Shown piece by piece: positions 38,805 through 52,792 of a DNA stretch of 64,000 nt. Under the pieces are notes generated by a model. It saw only the letters and a program-made list of their open reading frames with translations, was not told where the DNA came from and did not search any database. Within the stretch, counting starts at the first letter, position 1. The number at the start of each line of letters is the position of its first letter. The DNA is from Antedon mediterranea (lineage: Eukaryota; Animalia; Echinodermata). The stretch is taken from assembly GCF_964355755.1 (NCBI RefSeq), contig NC_092672.1, forward strand, positions 36,958,437-37,022,436. The letters run 5' to 3'. The translations under genes were made by a program, and so were the position numbers.

Positions 38805-41800
38805 ATGGTAAGCAATTATTTGATTTCAGTTATAATATGTGATCCATGTTTTTATACCATCCCTAGTGGGATATTTAAAAATGATTTTAGTTAGGCTAGG
38901 TCTAGCCTAGGCCAGAAAAACTAAACTCTAACGTAGGCTAGGCCTAGCTACTAAAAGCTAGTACTAGCTAGAGGGCAGGCTAGCTAGTACGTAGTAGTAG
39001 GGCTACCAGCCTAACTAGCCTAGCTAGGCCAACACGCTAGATACATACTGATAATTGATAGAAAGTAAGGCCTGCTGGCTGGCTAGTAGGAAGGGCGTAG
39101 CCTAGCTAGCTCCGCGACCGACAAAACTGATACTGCGGCATTTGTAAATTCCTAGTCTTTGGTATGTTTTTGGGTTATACGGGTCATTCTTCAGTAAGTG
39201 TCTAAAATCGTGTCCCGATACTTTGGTGAGATAGAGACTGAAAATTCATCATTAAAAAATAAAAATTCTTGACTTAAATCATAATCAACATTATTGTAAA
39301 TATAATTAATTACATAAAACAAAGATAATTACATTGATATGGTTAATTTTTATAAAAATGTTTCAGGCAACCCCCATGTCCCGATCGTACATCTTCAATT
39401 TTATGATCGCCGTATATATTTGATAACAGGACTTTTGTTATCGAAAATATTGTAAAAAGTTAGTTAATCATGATTTCATGCGATTATATTCTTCGAAATA
39501 CATCTCTACAAGTACATTAAATCTCAAACTTTAAAGTGTTTGTTTGGAAAAAGCTTGTCCCGCAGTTTTGTGTCATTTCCGTCACATAATTTAAATGTGC
39601 CGTCTACAGTTTAATGAACGGCGGGGAAAAAATTGACTGTGCGTTGTAAACATGCGAAGATATTGAAATAAAACTAGCCGCACATCATTTTAAATAAAAG
39701 AGGAAAAAACCTAATAAAACGAGGTTTTAGAAAAATTACAGTTGCGTACCTTTATTGAATGTCATATCCGAACGGTATAGAACTCATTAAATAATTATAA
39801 TTTCTGGTTTTTTTCAACTGGAAGTACAAGTTATTCATGGTATCTAGAAGTATGCAATCCGTCTCCGCTGTCAGACATGCCTACGATGTGATCCTAGGCT
39901 GTCCAATGCTAAATACATCATCTCCGTCACGGTCAGCTCCGTCACATTTCCCAATGTTTCGTTGTGACGGAGATGACGGCCCGTGACGGATATGACTTTT
40001 TGTTATTGCCAGGGCCTTTTTTTGTTGTACATTTTGTTTTGTATATCTTTATTATGTTATTACATTGTATATCTATGTGACTCTGGTCAATAAACATACT
40101 GTAATCAAATCATATCTTAAAGTCATCTCCGTCACATGATTTTTTAAGTTCGTCATATCCGTCACGGTTTCATCTCCGTCACATGGATATTTTATCCTTT
40201 TAAATCCTAAAATATTTAAGTAATGAACGCAATTATGTGGTATATTGAAATATAAACAATTTCTACAACAACTTCTACTATGTCAATGGATAGTAATATT
40301 AGTTCAACAGAATTTTGTAAAACATCAGTGACAGTCATACTATTTTCTGAAAATTATTATTTTTTGGAATAGTAAATGGTTTTGAACGTATAACATCATA
40401 CTAATAAATGTTAAAACAATCATTTTTTGATGAATAGAGACAAACATATATATATAGTATCAAAGAATTAATAATGGAAATAATTTTATAATTCCTAAAC
40501 TGTTATTTTTTCTATCTTTGTATATTCTATAAATGTGACGGAAATGACAGTAACATAGAACCATGTATTTATAAATACGAATAAAATACGAAATATATAA
40601 TAAAGATTGCGCCAAACATACGCTTGCCATGTAAATACATGTTCATTTATCTGAATAAACTTTTAAAATTTAAAAAATGCAAATTTTAAAATCGATTTTT
40701 TATAAACCTGAAATTAGACACTTACTGAAGAATGACCCATGCACCATTTGGAATAAAATTTGAGCAACATATATAATATAAGCCAGGATAGGCCTAGCTA
40801 GCCTAACTAACCTAGAACACTTTGTAATTCACCCGTATTATTTCTAGTTAGGCCTAGGCCTACCCACATTTTATTTTATCGCAAAATCTGGAGAAAAAAA
40901 ATTACTTGGCACTATAGAATAGGTCCTAGCCTAGTTTAGTGTACAAAAAAATAATAAATATTGGATTAGTAATTAGCAAGTCATGATGACGACTTCAAGT
41001 ATTATTGGCAAAATGATGTCAGTCATACAAAAACAATAGGCCTAGTCTTTCTACTAATCTATCCTATAAGTTACTAACTACTGTTAATTCAACAAAACGT
41101 CAGTATTTGTGTATTTCAATAAAATTTAAAATCTTGAAAAGAAACGTCAAATGCAAATGAGCCCAATGTATAATTTGCATACGAATTATGGCATCACACT
41201 TGTTGCAGTTTCAAGCAAGTTTTTTGTTAGGATTGTATTTATTTTATTGATTACTGTATTAGTCTTATTACAAAATATTTACAATATATTTTATTTTGTT
41301 GACAGGAGCCAGTTTTTATCATTGACCCCTCTGAGCTTTACAGGCCAGAAATTGAAAAAGGTCCAGATTTCAGAAATTTTGAAAGTTCTAACAAAACAAA
41401 TGATGGACATATGGAAAAAGTGAAAAATGTTTATAAAAATATGCACACACATCAAACAGTACAATTTGTAAAAGATAAGGTACAGTAAGATCTATAGAAA
41501 AATCGTATATATATATATTTTTTGAAAGTGAATTACATTTTGAATAAACTCTGAACATTGTACAGTTGTTTAGTCTACCTACAGTATATATCTGTAATTA
41601 AATTAAATTTAATCAATAAAATGGGAGAAAACAACTTTACTCAATTGAATATCGTATTTATTGATTAATCATGTTATTGTTAAAAAAATAACAATAATAA
41701 ATAGCATTTGACATTGAAAAAAGATTTCATTGTTTGCTTTTTTAGAAAGAGCATTGGTGCAAATTAGACAAAAAGGAAATGACAATTATGGAAGCTCTAG

Positions 41801-44800
41801 AATTTGTGAATCAGCTTGTCGACGAAAGCGACCCTGATTTGGACGTTCCAAACATTTATCATGCGTTCCAAACAGCAGAACGAATTCGAGAAAAACACCC
41901 CGATAAAGGTAAAGATGGGACCAGTCAAATAAAGTTAATAAAGCTTGAGTTTACCCTCTGAGGAACCTCTATAAACTGTTGAATAACAAAAAGGTAATAC
42001 TGTACTATTGAGAAGCAGTAATCTCATAATGAGTGAGTGAGTGGCCGAGCGGTTAAGACAGTAGAACCGTAATTACGTAGCCATAACATCGGCAGGGGTT
42101 CGAGGCTCACTCACTCCATGGTTCTGGTGGTAGAACGAGTCTTCTCGGATAAGGACTATAAACCGTAGGTCCAGTGTACACATCTAGCTCATGTGCACTT
42201 TAAAGAACCTAGTACATCTTTCGAGACGAGTAGGAGGTATTAGTACATCACAGCCACTGATCATAACTGGGCCCTCTGGGAGACCAGTCTTTGACTGAAG
42301 AGCTTACCCAGTATAAATATAAATTGCAATCAATTCAATCAATCATAGAGCTTTTAGTAATCTATATGAATTGACACAAAAATACCAGTCAAATCTCAAC
42401 AGCACAAATACAGATGACCAATTTAAACTAAAGCTCTGTCTACACTATCAAACTACTTTATGTGACAAAAGAATATGTGCCCATATATGGGCATAATGAT
42501 GTCATATCACTACCATATTTAGGCATATCACTACCATATTTGGGCATATAACACTTGTTTGAAAGTGTAGGCAGAGCTTAAACTTACTTTTGTTATTATG
42601 TCTCTCTTTAGAATGGTTCCATTTAGTTGGCCTTATACATGACCTGGGCAAAGTACTGGCTATTTGGAATGAACCACAAGTAGGTGTCACTATTTATGTA
42701 CATAAATTCTATTCCAACAATTTTTTAAGGTAAAAAGGAGAAAAAAACATCCCTCATAAAGCCCAAAATGGGTGTATTACATGACATATGGAGGGAAAAA
42801 ATATGAAATAAAACTGGGTTGTAAATAATAAATTCTAAATATGTTACTAATATTAACAACTTTCAGCATAGTTTGTTGTAAGTAATTAATTTGTAAAGGC
42901 AACAATGGAATAATTTGACCTTTGCATTTAGTTTGCCTACCCCTTGAAATTGTAGGATATAATAAGTTTTTAATAAAATTAAATAAAGCTATAAGAAGAT
43001 CAATACTATACTATGAAATATTGATTTCTTCCTCTTGGTCAAATCAATCAAAATTATCTTTTATTACTACTACTAGCTGTCATGCCATCTTTTACTACTA
43101 CTACTAGCTGTCATGCCATCTTTTATTACTACTACTAGCTGTCATGCCATCTTTTATTACTACTACTAGCTGTCATGCCATCTTTTACTACTACTACTAG
43201 CTGTCATGCCATCTTTTATTACTACTACTAGCTGTCATGCCATCTTTTATTACTACTACTAGCTGTCATGCCATCTTTTATTACTACTACTAGCTGTCAT
43301 GCCATCTTTTATTACTACTACTAGCTGTCATGCCATCTTTTATTACTACTACTAGCTGTCATGCCATCTTTTATTACTACTACTAGCTGTCATGCCATCT
43401 TTTATTACTACTACTAGCTGTCATGCCACTTTTCAGATTACTGTAAGATAAGATTACTTTATTTCATCCACAAAACAAGTGACAATAATGGTAGATAATA
43501 ATAATGGTAAAAGTAGTTTATAAAAGTCAAAATTATATATAGATTGTTGTTTTAAACCGTTTTCATTTTTTTGTAGTGGTGTGTTGTGGGTGACACTTTC
43601 CCAGTTGGTTGTCTTCCTTCAGATTCCATTGTGTATGGCAGGCAAAGTTTTGTTGATAATGTGGACATGAGCAACCCAAAGTTCAAGTAGGTATAATGAA
43701 AAATGTGAACATAATTTTACTGGTATACCATTCATGAACTCTATCTCATTATAGGTAGCATATGTTAATGTATTCTGAGCATGCCAGATAATAAATTTAT
43801 AATATCATATCTTTACATATTTTTTTACTTATCATCCAACTTCCATAAAATATTTCTGTTTCAGTACAAAATTGGGTATTTACAAAGAAAACTGTGGTTT
43901 GGACAACGTTTTAATGTCTTGGGGACATGATGGTAATTTCTTTATCTTTTAATTTTTATCAAAAATCTACACTCAAAATTGTATAGAACGTGTGCCCTAA
44001 TTTCTTGTACTTTTTATCTTGTGTTTTGTAGAGTACATGTATCAAGTATGCAAGGGCAACGACCGATGCAAGCTCCCTCAAGAGGTAAGATTCTATCTTA
44101 AATCCAAATTGAATAAAAACAGATAGAGGGTAAGCCCGTAGCCAGGATTTTTACAGGGGGGTTCTTTTTCCCCAAAAAGGCCCCTCTTATGGGAATTACC
44201 TCCGGTGTAACCAGCTTATATGATTTAATATCAAACGATCAAAACACCAATGATATTGGTCACCAGCCACAAGAGCACCCCCTCTCCTAAGAGTTTCCTG
44301 CCCCAGGACCTTGGCCTCATCATGGTTGGGACTGAGGTAAGAAAAATTGGACTTGCAGGACTATTTTAAGAGAATTGCCTAAAATGCTGTAGACAATGAG
44401 TATTTGAGCAAGAAAATTGTTAAATGACACCCCTACATGGTACTCTCGCACGTAAAATTCATAATAAATTGCACCTCTAGTTCGACGGAAATGTCACTCA
44501 CTCTATAGTGCGCTAGCAAACAGAGGATCGTAGCATAATGTTATTCGACCGGTAATAAAACATACGCGACTAACAATAGGCCTATAGGATAACATTTTTG
44601 TTTTCGTTCAATGCGAACGTCACGGGGAAGTTCCCAATGAAGGTACTTCTGGTATGGTATTACATTCTAATAACTGTACTCAATTATTGTAAATTTATTA
44701 GCAATTAATAATTTTAAAAAGTTATACAAAAAATATGAAGCTTGCTGCTGTAAATATATTGCGCAAAACGTTAAATTGTGTTATTTTCAATTAAATGCTA

Positions 44801-47800
44801 AATAAAGTCAGATGTTAAAACCACAATTTCAAAAATTCATTTTTTATTTATCCACTATAAACTTTAAAAAAGTGTTGTTTAAACCACAATCCAAAATAAA
44901 ACAAAGAAAATTATGATATGATATTTGCAGAAGGAAGCAAACTTTGCTCTGCTACCGGTATAACATGGTTCAAATTTCGGAACTTCCATAAATTACTACG
45001 GAAATTCGGCCTAATATTTACGGACGTATGGAAGTGAAGATAAATAGGGTACTACACGCATCGGAAAAAAAACTATATGCACAATTATGATTTGGCCTAA
45101 AAATTGGCCTTAGATTATGGAAAACCCCCGGCAAAACGCAATAATTATGGACAAATCGATTATCAGCCTTGGTAATATGCCTAATATCTAAAAGGAATGA
45201 ATATAAGCTATATTTTTGTTTTTTCGCAAAGTTCATATGTGAATGCTTGATCCATTAGAGGTAATCTGTGATAGTTTTTATTGCTTGTATTATAACACAA
45301 GTTCATTTTGGATTTTCAGTAAATTACCAATGGTTTATTTAAGGTCAACACACTGTAACTAATCCCTCACTATTCAATCAAAAATTAGAATACTACCATT
45401 GTTGAAAAATGGATTGCGTGATATCAAAATGGATTGATGTAAAACGTAACAAAGATACGACCTTGTCTGGTATTTATGCAGTGATGAAGCGGAGGATTGT
45501 TTTTGTAGCGTTCCATTTAAAATAATATTTTGGTTGTGAAGGTCGCTAAATTTGTTGGCGCCAGACTTCTTCTTTTACCAATTTTAACAATAAGCTAACA
45601 ACAAAACATTGAAAATGATAAAATGCCGTAAAACTCTGTAACTACTTTATGACTAAGTCTATCAAGTTCCGAGTTTGCTCAGCTACCGACGCGGTATAAT
45701 AATTCTCTGTTAATTCTGAAATTCACCCTAATATTACGGACGTATACGGAAATGAAGATAAACTGGGTACTACACGGAAAAATAAAACTATACGTAAAAC
45801 TATGATTTGGCCTTAAATTATGGAAAAACGCAATAATTATGAACAAATTGACGACCCATATGACGGGTTTTCCCCAAACACAGTGTATGTTGGCCTCCTT
45901 TCGTACCTCTCATCAAGAGAGAGATACATCTCCCTGCTGTCTGACGCGCGCACCACAAACTAGTCAATCAGAAATTTGTTCTGCGTATGCTCAGAAACTT
46001 ATCTACTTTTATCTGTGCGCGGTATAGTAGGCCTATTGGTGACTGCTGTGCCAATTTACAAATATTCTCTTTCAGACTGGACTTCTACATATAACGTATA
46101 AATATGGATATTGTATACGAAGAAATGGGACTCAATTTAAATTTAGTGGCAGAAACAACATTTAGTATGAAATTAAGGGTGTTGCCCGGGCCACTAAGGC
46201 AACACCCCTGGGTCCGCCCATGCGCTAGATGCTTGGAAATTAGTGTTATTGAAAATATCAGGATGTTTGGTAGAAAATATGCCTGATACTGTACACCGCA
46301 CCGCGGCACCATACCAAACTGTTGCTGTCCGACATGACTGTGCCCTACACACACCTGGCATGTTTCAGTCCATCACGTCTCCTTGTGTTTTCGAGGAAAT
46401 AATGACCCCAACCCCCCACCCGGGGGTGGGGGCTGCAGGATACAGTCCAACAGTATAAAACAAGAAATAAGGCCATGGCCTAACTTGGCTGGGAGTCATT
46501 GGACAACTAGGTCTACTTGACCTGGCTGGGCTAGCTAAAGTAGGTAGGGGATAGCCTAGCTAGGCCTAAAAAATCGGACAGAAAATGTGGAGTTATTTAC
46601 ATGTATTTGACTAATACAGTACAAATATAGCAAAATAGTCAACAAAATATTGATAATAAAATACAGTCATTTTAAAGTTAATATTGTGCCTTAAAAAGGG
46701 TTATTTGATTGTCAATTGGCTGTGTTTACAAAGGGCTGCCACACACGCTATGGCTATACCATATTCTTTGGCTATACTAGAAGAGCAGCAGCTGGAAAGA
46801 TGACAGCACATGTTTTTCCACTGTATTTTAGTAACCAAAATGGTTGACATTTTTCGGGGAAAAGAATCATCAAAGACAGAAGTGAAGAATCTCTTTCTCA
46901 ATTATTACACATTATTTAGGCCTACTATTAAATATTGTTTTTTTATTAACTATATTTTTTTACATAAAAATTGATTTGTTTAATAAAAGAAACCATTTGG
47001 TTTAGCGACGTTAATTGCTGGTTTGAGGAACGCGATCGCGCAGGCGATCCGTAAAAATGATGGACTGATCGCTTTCGGAAATTCCCTTTTATTGTGTAAA
47101 AAAAAGTGATGGTCACAAAGAGGACACCTACGCAAGAAGGATCAAGTGATTAAGCAAGGAGTTCTTAATTAGAACTCCCTATGTAAGCAGGCCTAGAATA
47201 ACCATACCACACACCACAAGTGGCGAACGTCCCCTACGAAAAGCAACACGTGCGCAGTGTAACTAAAATGAACTAACTTTTTTTGCGGGGCTAATACTAA
47301 AGTCAGAGACGGCAAATGATGTAAAATCACGAATTTTCTTGGTAAAATAAATTGAAAATACACTGGAAACGGCGGTATTACTAGCCTAGCTATTTTATGA
47401 TACAATCTTGCTATTTAGTAATAAAAGTAACATTTGCCTGCTGGCTATACTACAGAAAAGGCAAACAATCATCATATGGGCTAGGCCTAGTCTAGTTTGG
47501 TTTGGAAAGGGAACTTCAGGAAAAAGGGGATTCGTTCGAACCCTACAAACCCCCCTGGCTACGGGCTTGAACCCTTCCACTTTAGCCCAGTGAGTAACTG
47601 ATATTCAAGGCACTCTTTAATAAGATTAATTAAATTACAAACTGTATTTATATAGCCAAAACCAAAGGCAATGGTATTTTTTTATCCATCACTACATAAC
47701 TGGATTAATGTAATATTAATTAATGATAATAATAATAATTATTATTATTATTATATCAATATTTATAAAGCGTCAATTCAAAGACCGAGGTACAAAATCA

Positions 47801-48451
47801 AAGGCGCTGTGCATGTTAGTGGTCGAAAAAATGTGTTTTGAGCAATTTTTTAAATACGGCAACAGAAGAGCAGTAATAATAATAATAATAGCATATTAAT
47901 CGAAACGTCGAAAAACTCAACAGTTCTTTTCAGAACTAATATACGTGGTGTACTGCAAACTTTATCAATAATAATATTGTTAATATAGATCCTTATTATT
48001 TTTACTGTAGGCACTGTATGTTATCAGATTCCATTCATTTTATCCATGGCATACCAACAGTGATTATTATTACCTGTGTAACAATGAAGATATCAGGATG
48101 CTTTCATGGGTTAAAGAATTCAAGTAAGTTCATTTCTATATTATTACATTGTCTATTTTGTAAATTTTAAGAAATTATTTATGTGCAAGATTGACATAAA
48201 ATAATGGATACAATTTTAATTTAAATGTTATTATTTTTATTAATTACTCTGTCAATTTTTTGCAATACATTTAAACAAAAATATATTTATCATTCCCCAA
48301 AAAAAACATCACGATGTTAACAGATGTTTCTTTTCTTTGTAGCCAATTTGATCTGTATTCCAAAAGTGAGGAGCTTCCTGACATTGAGGCCCTCAAACCT
48401 TACTATCAGTCCCTGATTGATCACTATTTTCCCGGCAAAATTAAATGGTGA
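38805..48451 (+). CDS. MIOX: Inositol oxygenase (myo-inositol oxygenase); 9 coding exons
   Basis: Exons 38805-38807 (ATG only, inferred), 41306-41479, 41746-41908, 42612-42679, 43577-43686, 43865-43932, 44032-44084, 48011-48123, 48343-48451. Motifs: [86 protein letters not shown]. Confidence 0.95.
39181..40738. mobile_element. 1.56-kb non-autonomous DNA transposon in MIOX intron 1
   Basis: 25-bp TIR GGGTCATTCTTCAGTAAGTGTCTAA / TTAGACACTTACTGAAGAATGACCC; flanks atac/atgc; internal repeated tcatctccgtcac motifs; superfamily uncertain (Sola2 or ISL2EU-like). Confidence 0.8.
42031..42344 (+). mobile_element. tRNA-derived SINE with Deu/Nin-like central domain
   Basis: A box TGGCCGAGCGG, B box GGTTCGAGGC; core TCGGATAAGGACTATAAACCGTAGGTCC...GCACTTTAAAGAACC...TTCGAGACGAGTAGG resembles the DeuSINE domain; (caat)n tail. 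Confidence 0.75.
42432..42578. mobile_element. Harbinger MITE family 1
   Basis: TAA TSD on both sides, TIRs. Confidence 0.8.
43067..43430. repeat. 31-bp minisatellite, ~12 units
   Basis: (ttttattactactactagctgtcatgccatc)n in a MIOX intron. Confidence 0.95.
44131..47569. mobile_element. Probable 3.4-kb composite hAT-like non-autonomous insertion in a MIOX intron
   Basis: Ends AAGCCCGTAGCCAGG / CCTGGCTACGGGCTT; no TSD seen; internal ~140-bp duplication (~45000-45150, ~45718-45850); additional hAT-like end CCCCTGGGTCCGCCCATG at ~46205-46222. Confidence 0.5.
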
Positions 48452-50599
48452 AACTCTTAAGGCTCAATCACATTTTTTTGTCAAAAAATAAAATTTATTT
48501 GGTACAAAAATTTCAAAAACGAATAGTGGTCAATTTGTTGTCAAAACAAAAAATACTAATTTCAGACTTTATTAAAAAAAATTAAGACCATTTGTCCAAG
48601 AACTGGAATTACCGTACTTGCACAAATGAGAGCCCCTGCACACTTATGTTTTGGTTCTGAGATTCGACTCACAACATTTGTGCGAGAATGGTAGGTTGGT
48701 TTAAAAAATGAAGCTGATGTGTTTTCCAATTTTTGGAACAATGGGGTTTGATCAGCCTATTATCCCTGGTCAAAATCCTGATAGAATTTGATGTGTTATT
48801 TCCCTAATATTGTGTACATAAAGTAACATTACACGTTTTAATTTTTTTTTACTCATATTTATTGGCCCCTTGATTTTTTAAGATGTTTTTTTACATTTTT
48901 AATAGGAAGCCTTTTATTATATTTATTTATAAATATGTAATTATGCTTCTTGTTAATTTATTGTTTGAATATCGCATTACTCTGTAGATAATAGGGAATC
49001 ATGTTTTTATTAAATCATGTAAACCTTTATATAAAAATTATATTATAATGAATGTATATTATTTGTAATGAACTATACTACTGTGATACCCACAGTGATA
49101 CCCACAGTGGTTTAATTTATATGATGAGTGGCTGTGTGGCTGATGATGAAGAAGATAGAGAGTAACATGCATTTTATTTTGATAAGAAGTTATGCCTACA
49201 CTATCAAACTTTATGTGTCAAAAAAGTGATGTGCTCAAATATGTCCATATATAGGCACATCACATTTGTTTGTCACATAAAGTTTGATAGTGTAGACAAG
49301 GCTTAAACAATATTTAGTATTTATAGTGCACTTTCCACCCCACCTGTTGGTACCCAATGCATTCTTGGCAATAATATTACAATTTGTTAACCCTCCTATT
49401 TCTTTGTACAACCTGTAATTAATTTGCCTTTGGATTTATTAAATAATATACACTAATACGGTAATATGAGTTGAATGGTTTGTGCTGCTAAAACAAACCC
49501 TTATTTGGAAGTGAAATTAAACTATGAAGCTTATTAATATGTATGAAAAGAAAATAAAAACTGATAATGTATTTAAATCATAGATAACCATAGATATATA
49601 TCCATATAGAGATATACAGTAACCATATAGGTCAAAAGTGCAGTAGATGTACAGGGATATTCATGGGATCCTGACCTCTCTAAATTTACATAGTGCCCTC
49701 TTAGGGTAGTTTCTAGTTGTATACAACACAGATATTATGGATTTATCAATTCTAGCAAACATACATTTTATTTTTTACCTCTCAGTTTTCGTTATGCACA
49801 CATGGAAACTACATCCCCCTTTCCTATAGGCACCTCATGTCCTCCCCCTCCCCTTCCAACAAGCACCACTCTGTGCTATGATTTTCTCCCCCACACTTTA
49901 TTTATGCTGATACCTTGCCTCTATCCACCACCCCTGCTACTTACATCATTATTGTTAATCATCATATTTAATTTGTGCTCAGTTTCAATGTTTCCACCGC
50001 TCAAAAAACTCTGGCAACATCAGCTTTAGCAATAAGTTAAGTGGTGTCTATATTTCATTAAAAATATACACTTTAATAATAAGATAGATTATTTTGTTAT
50101 TATTTGTCATCACATAGAATCCCTGATAAGGGTTATTCTATCAATAAATTCCATTGGTCGTATTTCAGAGATGATGTTCACTGTTTGACGAAAGTTCATC
50201 TGGTTTTTTTGAATGAGAGAATAAACTACTGTATTTATGATATATGTAACTGTGTTGTGTTTTTGTTGTTTTCCACTACATACACTGTAGTTAGTCACTT
50301 TCTTCGTGTATTAAATGATTTTGTGGGCCATTATATTTACAGTAAAATTAAATAAGCTGATTTAAAGTAGTGTTGAATTTCTGAAGTTTCAACCAATCAG
50401 AGCACAGATTTTTTTTTTAACTCAATTGTGTTGTTGCATGTGGTAATCCTGGTTTTGAGCAGATGATAAGTGACCACCATACTACAGAAAAGTAAAAGAT
50501 GCCCTCCAGGATGGTCACAAGAGACTTAAGGCACCAGGCAGTGACTAATAATTTTAAACAAGCCTAGCTGGTGAATTGACAGAAGAAACAACAAAAACT

Positions 50600-50905
50600 G
50601 TGTCAAGGTAGGCAGCGAGAGGAAGCACGTCATGTGTCAAGCAAGGTGGGCAGCGAGAGGAAGCACGTCGTGTCAAGGTAGGCAGCGAGAGGAAGCACGT
50701 CATGTGTCAAGCAAGGTGGGCAGCGAGACGAAGCATGTCGTGTCAAGGTAGGCAGCGAGAGGAAGCACGTCATGTGTCAAGCAAGGTGGGCAGCGAGACG
50801 AAGCATGTCGTGTCAAGGTAGGCAGCGAGAGGAAGCACGTCGTGTGTCAAGCAAGGTGGGCAGCGAGAGGAAGCACGTCGTGTGTCGGGCAGCGAGAGGA
50901 AGCAT
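50600..50905. repeat. Minisatellite with 70-bp higher-order unit (alternating 34/36-bp monomers)
   Basis: gtgtcaaggtaggcagcgagaggaagcacgtcat + gtgtcaagcaaggtgggcagcgagaggaagcacgtc, period 70 (50600, 50670, 50740, 50810). Confidence 0.92.
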
Positions 50906-51965
50906 GTATCGACTTTAGTACATACACAATAAATTTTAATTACATTTAGGTTGATTGATAATCCAAAATAAAACAGATTAACTTTTATGCTGCTAGAACA
51001 ACTTTTAATTCAAATTGATTTCAATTTATTACATGATTTCCAAACATAAGAGAAAACAGTTATTGCTGTTAAAATTAGTAATAAATTAAAAAGATTATGT
51101 AGTTGATTTTAAACTGCAGATTAACTTTTCCTTACCTACTAAATTCGCACTTACTCCAACACATAGTTTAGCAACTTGATCAAAACATAATGCACAGCAA
51201 GAATACTAAATGCTTTTTACAGTGTTGTACTACTACCAGACCACAGTCTCAAGCTCTGTCTCACTATCAAATTAGTTTGACAAAAATAATGTGCCCAAAT
51301 ATGGTAGTAATATTCTCAAATATGGTAGTGATGACATCATGTATGGGCACATCACATGTGTTTGTTTGTGTAAAGTTTGATAGTGTGGACAGAGCTTCAC
51401 ACACACTTAAGTCTCACACAAGCAATCTGTTCTCTATTCCATGACTGTTGTATCAATTGTGACCAAGCTCTAGGTTGAAAACCGGAACAAAAAATCTCCA
51501 TGAAAATTAATGTTATGTATTCTTATGGGAAACTACTTTATACAACCACGAAAGATTGAGGTTTATGTACATTATACAATATCTATTCTACTAAGAAAGC
51601 ATTGATTGTAAGATAGGACTAAAGGCTAGGTCATAAATGTTGGGAGGGTTGTTGAAAAGGGGACTAAAGATGCTCTGTTATGACTTTTTCAGAGGGGGAG
51701 GTATGGTCCTGCCTTAAAGGATGTAGACATATTAATGCAATAAAAAATAAATATTACTAACTGCTGTACTACACAATGACTCATTTAAATGGGATATGTA
51801 CAAAGAGGTAACAAAAAATGTTGTTAATACAATACAATATATACAATGGAAAACTGGATTATCTGAATTTTAGTTGGTTTGTTGTTGTGAACTATACATA
51901 TATTGCAAATGTCAATGTCTGCTGTGCCAACAGAATAGGTATCTGCATGTAGCTCATCTTACTTA

Positions 51966-52110
51966 AACTCTGTCTACACTATCAAACTAGTTTGACAAAA
52001 AATATGGTAGTGATATACCCAAATCTGGTAGTGGTATGACATTATCATGTCCATATATTGGCACTCATCACATTTTTTGGCACATGCATTTTGATAGTGT
52101 AGACAGAGCT
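51966..52110. mobile_element. Harbinger MITE family 1
   Basis: TTA TSD on both sides, TIRs. Confidence 0.8.
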
Positions 52111-52499
52111 TTAGGAATGTTAATATATAATAAATTACAATTAGCAATCTTAATTACATTAATATAACAATAATCATAAAAATTACATTAATCTTGAAAT
52201 ATTAGCAATGGTGGTGCTGTAGTAAAAGCAATACAATTATTTTTGAAGTTGCTTAGAAAAAAAGACATTTGTTACGATCATTAAAATGTTACTGTGCTCA
52301 AGTATCTCATAAAGCATGGTTCCCACAAGTACACAACGTAAGTACGCTGCCTGCAAGTGTTTCGACCAATTGTGATTGGTCAAGTCACTTGCGTTGCAAC
52401 CTACTACGTGGGAAGCAAGCTTTAATGAAAACACCTGAAATAATGAAAAAAAAAAACAACATAATATTGCGATAATACCCACAGAACAGTTACAGTATA

Positions 52500-52792
52500 C
52501 AACCAGTTGGTATCGTAGTTGTTGAATGGTCGCTGGGTGAGTTTAAACCAGTTACAGTAAGAGTTTATTTTAAACTGATGTTTGATAAATTCCACCTGTT
52601 GATGAGTTACCATCTTGAATTGAACACGTTGGTGTCGTAGTTGTTGAATGGTCGCTGGGTGAGTTTAAACCAGTTACAGTAAGAGTTTATTTTAAACTGA
52701 TGTTTGATAAATTCCACCTGTTGATGAGTTACCATCTTGAATTGAACCAGTTGGTGTCGTAGTCGTTGAATGATCGCTGGGTGAGTTTAAAC
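52500..52792. repeat. 122-bp tandem repeat (~2.4 units) containing the DGCR2 C-terminal codons and stop
   Basis: gtttaaac recurs at 52541, 52663, 52785; units nearly identical. Confidence 0.9.

Noticed and set aside
42031-42116. Possible tRNA gene
   Set aside because: Non-canonical anticodon arm, and it runs directly into a SINE core and tail; treated as a SINE head. The same applies to 6712 and 24156.
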